64,000 nucleotides of DNA from positions 372,001 through 436,000 of the forward strand of contig JAMDHS010000003.1 in assembly GCA_029717555.1 (NCBI GenBank), given 5' to 3'. This document shows positions 58,407 through 64,000 of this stretch, piece after piece. Both the position numbers and the translations under genes were made by a program. This stretch comes from Peribolospora baueri (Eukaryota). Within the stretch, counting starts at the first letter, position 1. Each line of letters begins with the position of its first letter. The notes under the pieces are model-generated. The model had not been told where the DNA came from, did no database searches, and was given only the letters and a program-made list of their open reading frames with translations.

Positions 58407-61241
58407 ATGCTTCCTCCTCTTTGGCCACCCCCAGTCCTGAACCCTTCGCTGACAACCAACGCGGCCGCCTGCCCTTCCACTTCACAGCCGACTATGCCCC
58501 GGGCGGCCTCTCCCAACCCCATGCGCGACCTTACCTGCGCTCTCGGCACCGGCAACGCCCTCTTCTTCGCCCCCACGCTACATAAATACGTCGTTGAATC
58601 GCCTCAAGGCAAGGTCTCTGCAGGCAATCAGTCGCACGTTGACGGCGGGCATTCCGCTTCTCGGTCGTCGCCTTCGAAGATTCTCAAAGCGGACCATAAC
58701 TCTCTTCAACCTCCCTCCATCGGTCACTCGGCCCATCCCTTCGATTCTCGCGACCCCTTTTTTGAGGTGGAAACCGTGTCGACGACTGGACAAATAACAG
58801 ACGTCATTGCCAAGGTAGGCTTGCGCCATATGTCAAACCCTTAACGACGTCGCCGTAGTATCGTCGACACATGCTGAGAGTGCTTCGCTTGACTTCAGCT
58901 CAAGGCCGACATACAAGCTCGCGACATGGACAACATGCACCTTTCTGAGCAGACCCGCCAGCTCACGTCTCAGGTCGTCATGCTCTGCGATAGGCTCTCC
59001 GTCCTCGAACGCGAGCGAGCTCTCACCACCGCGGCGGGTTGTGGACGACCCATTCAGCCTGATTCGTCCGTTTTCGCAGGTCAATACGTTCTAGGCACTG
59101 GCGCGCTTTGCGCACCTTCCGAAGCATCCTTGGAAAGCCCCCCGAGCTCCTCCTCGCGCGACCGGCTTGTGTCAACGTCCTCCGAGCCGTTTGGGCTGTG
59201 GCGCCGAGGCCGTTCTTCGTCCGATTCGACGTTAGTGCCCCCTTTTGACCAAATTTCTGGCGCATACACTCACGACAACCGCGGCATTCTAAGGCCTTTG
59301 CAGCCTGCTCGTATGAATTCGAGTCTCGACGTCGGGAGGGCCCGTACTGGTGCGCTCGAGGTGAACTATCGCGACCTTCTTCGCCCGGAGGCGAACCCCG
59401 ACTATAAGGTGAGTGAGCGGTCAAGACGCCTACCCTTCTCCGACCATCTGACGACCTAACGCTACACACTTCCTTTACCTCTTCCTCGCGTCTCAGCTCA
59501 TCGTCGACGAGATTGTCAAGACGCCTCATCCTGTCTCGCAGCCGTCCATCTTTCTACAACAGAAGCTCCAATGCGTGACGAAGGACCAGGTCGCCCTCAT
59601 CATTGAAGCTCTCCTCCCCCACGTCCTCCACCTCAGCCAGGATCGCTACGCCAACTTCCTCATTCAGCGTGCCATGAGTCACGATTCGAGAATCGGTTGG
59701 GCTCTGATGTGAGTAAAACGGGGTGAGGGAAGCGAACGGAGCCGCAGGAGCTCACGTCGATCTCGTATCGCATCAGCGGTAACTTTGAGACTCTTGCGTG
59801 CGACCCGTTCGGGTGCCACGTAGTTCAGAAGGCGAGTTTCCTCCCTCGGTGCGCCGTCGGTCGCTCGTCCTCTTCTCATTGTTATCGTTCCTTGCGCATA
59901 TAACAGATGCTTTCCTGCGAGGAAAGCTTGAAGGTGCGTGTATGCGCTCAGAACGGCTGCGCACAGGCAACTCATATGCCGACCCTCTCTACACACGCAG
60001 ACGGCGGTGATCAACGAGATGCTCCGCGGAGACGTGCGCTCTACGCTGACGCACAGGGTTAGTCACCCAATCTTCACGTCCTTGCTCGTTGTACTCATTT
60101 CGTCTTCTCCATGCTTTCCCAGCACGCCTCGCACGTCTGGCAAAAGGCTCTGGGCGCCGGCTGGGAAACCCCAGGTTTCGTGAAATACGTGATCGATGGC
60201 ATCAATGCAGTAATGAAAGGCATTTGGTGAGTCGCCGAGCGCTCGTCCACTTGTTTGTTTGACCTACGCGTGACGCTGGCTCGCCTTTCTACCAGGGTGG
60301 ATGCGGCCTGTCACGAGGTGGGGAGTCTGGTCGTGCAGTGCATTTTTGAATCTGCCGAAGGCAACAAGCGCCCTGCGATGGAGGAGGTCCTTCGCGGCGT
60401 CTGTACTTGCGCAGCCAATCAGTGGGGCGTCTGGGTGGTGCAGGTGAGCCATCCTCGTTCTGGCCGGCTCCGTCTGTTCCCAATGACGTGTGACCTCCCG
60501 CCTACAGCACATTCTCGAACACGGCGATCAAGGCGAAGACGTTCAGAGAGCCCTTAGAGGGCTACTGGCCGACGCAGTCGGCTTGTCCTTGAACGCCCAT
60601 GGTGATCTGTCGTGGCCGCCTCCAATTTTGTACGATGCTCGCGCACGATCTTCTGACTTTGGTTTTCTCGCGTTTGGACAGGCCATAAAGCGATCATGTC
60701 TGCCATTAAATTGCACAATTCGAATTTTCTTGACGCTTTCGTGAATGTCCTGACCAGTCCTGGAGCGTGCGGGTGAGAGTTTCGGGTCTATCCTTCGGAC
60801 CGCCATCTGTTTTCGTCCACGCGAGAAGGTTACCTCACCCTACGTTTCTGCAGTCGTCGTCCTCCTGTGATCGATCTCGCGGTGGCGCCGCACGGGATCC
60901 AGATTATCACCCAGCTCATGACGGAGAACGGCGTGGAGACCGAATCGCGTGAGAAGGTAGCCGCACGCAAAAAGAGCATCATGAACGCCGTCAGCAGGCA
61001 CTCTGTCAGCCTTAAGGGCTCCAAAGCCGGGTGTAAGTACGAATGGGGACGGAAACGAGTGTGCGAGTTGTTCTGACCACCCGGCTTCCTCCACCCTTCG
61101 GATCGTCAGCTCGCGTATTCGCTCTCTGTGGTGAGCGGCACTCGCATGCGTTCGTCCCCCTCGTGGCATTGCTGCTCAATACTCGTTTCGTGTTCCTTTG
61201 CTCCTTTGGCAGAACGAGCGAGAGCTTGGAACGGATACTAA
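58407..61241 (+). CDS. Divergent Pumilio/PUF-repeat RNA-binding protein (Mcp2/Mpf1-like) with an N-terminal coiled coil, multi-exon
   Basis: NYRDLL...DYK|LIVDEIV...SIFLQQKL; DRYANFLIQRA; LACDPFGCHVVQK; HASHVWQK; HEVGSLVVQCIFE; NQWGVWVVQ|HILEHG; SLKGSKAG|SRVFALC|ERARAWNGY-stop. The start could instead be 58494. Confidence 0.85.
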
Positions 61242-62435
61242 GTCGTGATTTGCATGGCGCGAGCGGAGAACAAATATGTCATTCGAGCGCTGCGGCTTTT
61301 CCCTCTGCTTTGTTTCATAGCATTCATTCTTACTGTCGTCGACCTCGGGCGCGCTTGTGCTATCGGACTCGATTCTTACCCTGCGCCACATATTTTTACG
61401 AGCGCCCCGAAAGTTGGGCCAGTGCGCTGCTACTGAGAAATCCAACCGTCTTATGTTTCCTCGTCCGGAGAGAAGATGGTGGAGGCGCCGGTGGTGGCAA
61501 GGTGGAGCGCCCGCGGAAGAAAGGACGGGGTGAAGACGGCGGGGTCCTGCGTCGTTGAGAGAAGCGAGGGCGGAGATGTAGATGTATGTATGTATGTGGC
61601 TCGTGGGGGCAGAGGTGGGCAGGCCGAGGCGGGATGAAGTTCCACTGGTTTTCAGTTCAGTGCCGGACGGAGGCAAGTGGCGGCGAGGTGGTTGGCGGAG
61701 GGGGACGAGGATTGGAGGAGGTCGAGTGAGGGTACGTCATGTCATCCATTCATTGGTCGAGTTGCCGGCGGGCGAGGCGGACGACGAAGATAAACGAAAC
61801 CGGGTAGGGGGGCTGCGTCGGACGGCGGGACGGGGAGGACGGAGGTTTCGGGGACGAAACATGTGCGATCTCATCTCAGCGTTGGTGCCGGATGCAGGAC
61901 AGAGAGAGGTCGGTAGACGAAAAGGGAGTGCGGTCGGTCGGTCGAGCGTGACAAGGGAGGGAGCGAAGAACAGGGCGAGTGAACGTAACTCGGCGTCCGA
62001 GCTCGCATGCGGCGGTGTGTGTGGGTCGGGGCATTCGTTCCACGTCACTCACTAGGCCTTGGCAAGTCCTTGGTTAGGCGCAGATACGGACGGGATCGCC
62101 TCGCCTTGTCGAATCGCAGCCATCCCAGTCGGTTTCACATACACATCCCCGTCCTCCATTTGCTCTCCCGCTGTCGCACTCGCACCACAGATACACTCGT
62201 CCGACCCGCGCGGGGCCTCCGGACCGGATGCGCCGTCGATCCGATCCGATTGATTCCCTCCGCCGGCCTTGCTCCAACCGGCGGAGGATAACGACGACGG
62301 GACGGCCGATGCTCACCCGCCCGTATGGGAGGCGGCAGGCCGCGGGGGAAGGCGGACAGACGTCGGTGGGCGTACGGCAGGTCGCACAAAACGGCGTTCT
62401 TGCCGTTTTCGTCTGTTCATGCGCTCTTATGGGCG

Positions 62436-62512
62436 TACATACATACATACATACACACGCAATCACACAATCACAACCACACACAAGCGCACATACTCAC
62501 ACATACACACAC
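62436..62512. repeat. (CATA)n and imperfect (CA)n microsatellite region
   Basis: Directly visible. Confidence 0.75.
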
Positions 62513-62828
62513 AACTATAATCCACTTGCAAGAGAGGCTGGAGGAGAGAGAACGAGAGACCCCGCCGGTTCGGGGTACCCGTACGGGCACGGCCGGCGAC
62601 CGTCGAGTCGAGCCGAGCCGTGTCCCGCATCCTTCCCTCGCTCGCCTCGCCTCGCCCGACGTACTCACTTACATATTTGCATCGTATCCGGGGGCGGCAG
62701 CGTGACGACGGCTTCTCTGACGGACGACCGCTGATCCAGCTCCCGTTGCTAGAGCCGGCCTAGCTCGTATCGTGATTGTCACGCGGGCCAGCGCCCTCGG
62801 ACATGGCGAGCGGTGGAGGAATAAAATT

Positions 62829-62836
62829 TATATAAA
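62829..62836 (+). promoter_or_regulatory. TATA box upstream of the carboxypeptidase
   Basis: TATATAAA about 230 nt before the ATG, followed by a CT-rich leader. Confidence 0.6.
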
Positions 62837-63060
62837 CCCACGACCGCTGGCGACACATACGACGAGTCTGCCTCCCTCCCATCGACCCTCCCTTCTTCCT
62901 CCCCCGCCCCTCCTTCCTTTCTTCCCTCCCTTCTCCCTGACCCTCCTCTCCGGACGGACAGGTCCCTTCTTCCTCCACCCACCCATCTTTACCTCTCTCC
63001 CTTCCCTTGCCCCTCTTCTCTCCAACCCTCCTTACCTTCTCTTTTCTCCACCCGCTCGCC

Positions 63061-64000
63061 ATGCCCTCCCGCTCCACCGCCAGCCGGCGTAGCCTCGCCT
63101 CGCTCGCCCTGCTCGCGGGCACTGCTTGGCTCGCTTCCTCCCTCGCTTCGCCGTTCGCCCTCGCCGCCCCCGCTTCGGACTCCGTTCCTGTCGGCAAGAG
63201 TCCCCGTGACAGCGCCGCCTTCGTCTCCAAGCTCCGCAGGGAGAAATATGGCGATCAGCTCGCCAGCGCCAGCGCCCGACGCGCTGCCGCCGGAAAGATC
63301 GGCACTCCTGCCGCTCATAACGTCGCTCAACCCGTCACCGCCAAGACCGACTCGACGGCGCCCGCGAAGAGCTACATCACCTTCTCCAACCCCAAGGGTG
63401 AGTAAGGCCCGTCCTTCGAGCCCCTTCGAGGCACCAGGGCTTCCGAGGCTTGCGAGGCACTGTTCAGGGCGAGATGTCGGCCGGCGGCAGGGGCGGGTTC
63501 GATCATGCGCATGGCACCCGCCCCCCCTTCCCCCCGCGGCCGATCAGGACGGTAGGGCACGGCACGGCAAGGCACGGCGGACGGACGAACGGAGGTGCTG
63601 ACGCTCAACTTCTTTTTGCTTTCCTCTTCTTCTTCTTCTTCCATCAGCTGCCGGTGAGTGCCCATCCGATGGGCCCGGCCCGTCTTTCGTCACGACGCTG
63701 CTCAAAGCGGCGGTATCACGCTCACGCTCACGCGACACCTTCCCCTTCCCTTTCTCGCAGAGTTCCACGTCAACACCACCCTCCCCAGCGTCAACTTCAC
63801 CGTCTCTGAGTCTTGGGCCGGAAACCTGCCCATCTCCAGCAAAACCAACGAGTCACGCGAGCTTTTCTTCTGGTTTTGGCCCTCCGAGAACCCCGCCGGC
63901 CAGGATGACGTGATCATCTGGCTCAACGGCGGCCCCGGCTGCAGCTCCCTCGAGGGCTTCTTGGAGGAGAACGGACCGAGTGAGCGGCTTGTTCTCTCCC
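63061..64000 (+). CDS. Secreted serine carboxypeptidase, S10 family (5' part; continues beyond the window)
   Basis: Signal peptide; [32 protein letters not shown]...LFFWFWPS...[22 protein letters not shown]. Confidence 0.93.

Noticed and set aside
9848..61241. An RNA-metabolism gene cluster (NXT1, eIF5, NOT1, cyclin L, PUF)
   Set aside because: The genes are dispersed among unrelated ones with no shared motif seen, which is consistent with ordinary housekeeping gene density.
61300..62800. Several 100-170-aa ORFs between the PUF and carboxypeptidase genes
   Set aside because: They are low complexity, cross microsatellites and show no motifs or coherent exon structure; treated as intergenic.

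Overview
This is a GC-rich, intron-dense, gene-dense fungal chromosome segment. It is most likely a basidiomycete, judging by the GTGAG/GTACG donors, CTRAC branch sites, ~60-150-nt introns and protein similarity recalled from memory. Reading the splice sites by eye gives about 21 apparently intact genes and one clear pseudogene. In order: cytochrome-b5-domain protein, CaMK-type kinase, COX5, an orphan secreted repeat protein, NXT1, eIF5, TRAPPC13-like, an alpha-arrestin-like PY protein, a decayed amidase facing a 22-exon Liz1/FEN2-type transporter, a GH5 glucanase, NOT1, MO25/HYM1, SPC19, an intronless bacterial-type GNAT, a STE20/GCK kinase, a peroxisomal 4CL-like ligase, an unknown mitochondrial protein, cyclin L, PIG-L/GPI12, a divergent PUF protein and the 5' part of an S10 carboxypeptidase. 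The most notable signals are: (1) NOT1 has no AUG upstream of its conserved N-terminus but has an in-frame ACG in optimal GCC-ACG-G context; (2) the eIF5 leader has a single poor-context uORF, so two start-codon-stringency elements lie in one window; (3) a candidate horizontally acquired GNAT; (4) 4-, 6- and 12-nt micro-exons and two GC-AG introns; (5) an AT-rich, NUMT-like patch and a short telomere-like tract at the end of the dead amidase. No rRNA, tRNA, CRISPR array or intact transposon was recognised. All homology calls come from motif recognition, not database searches.
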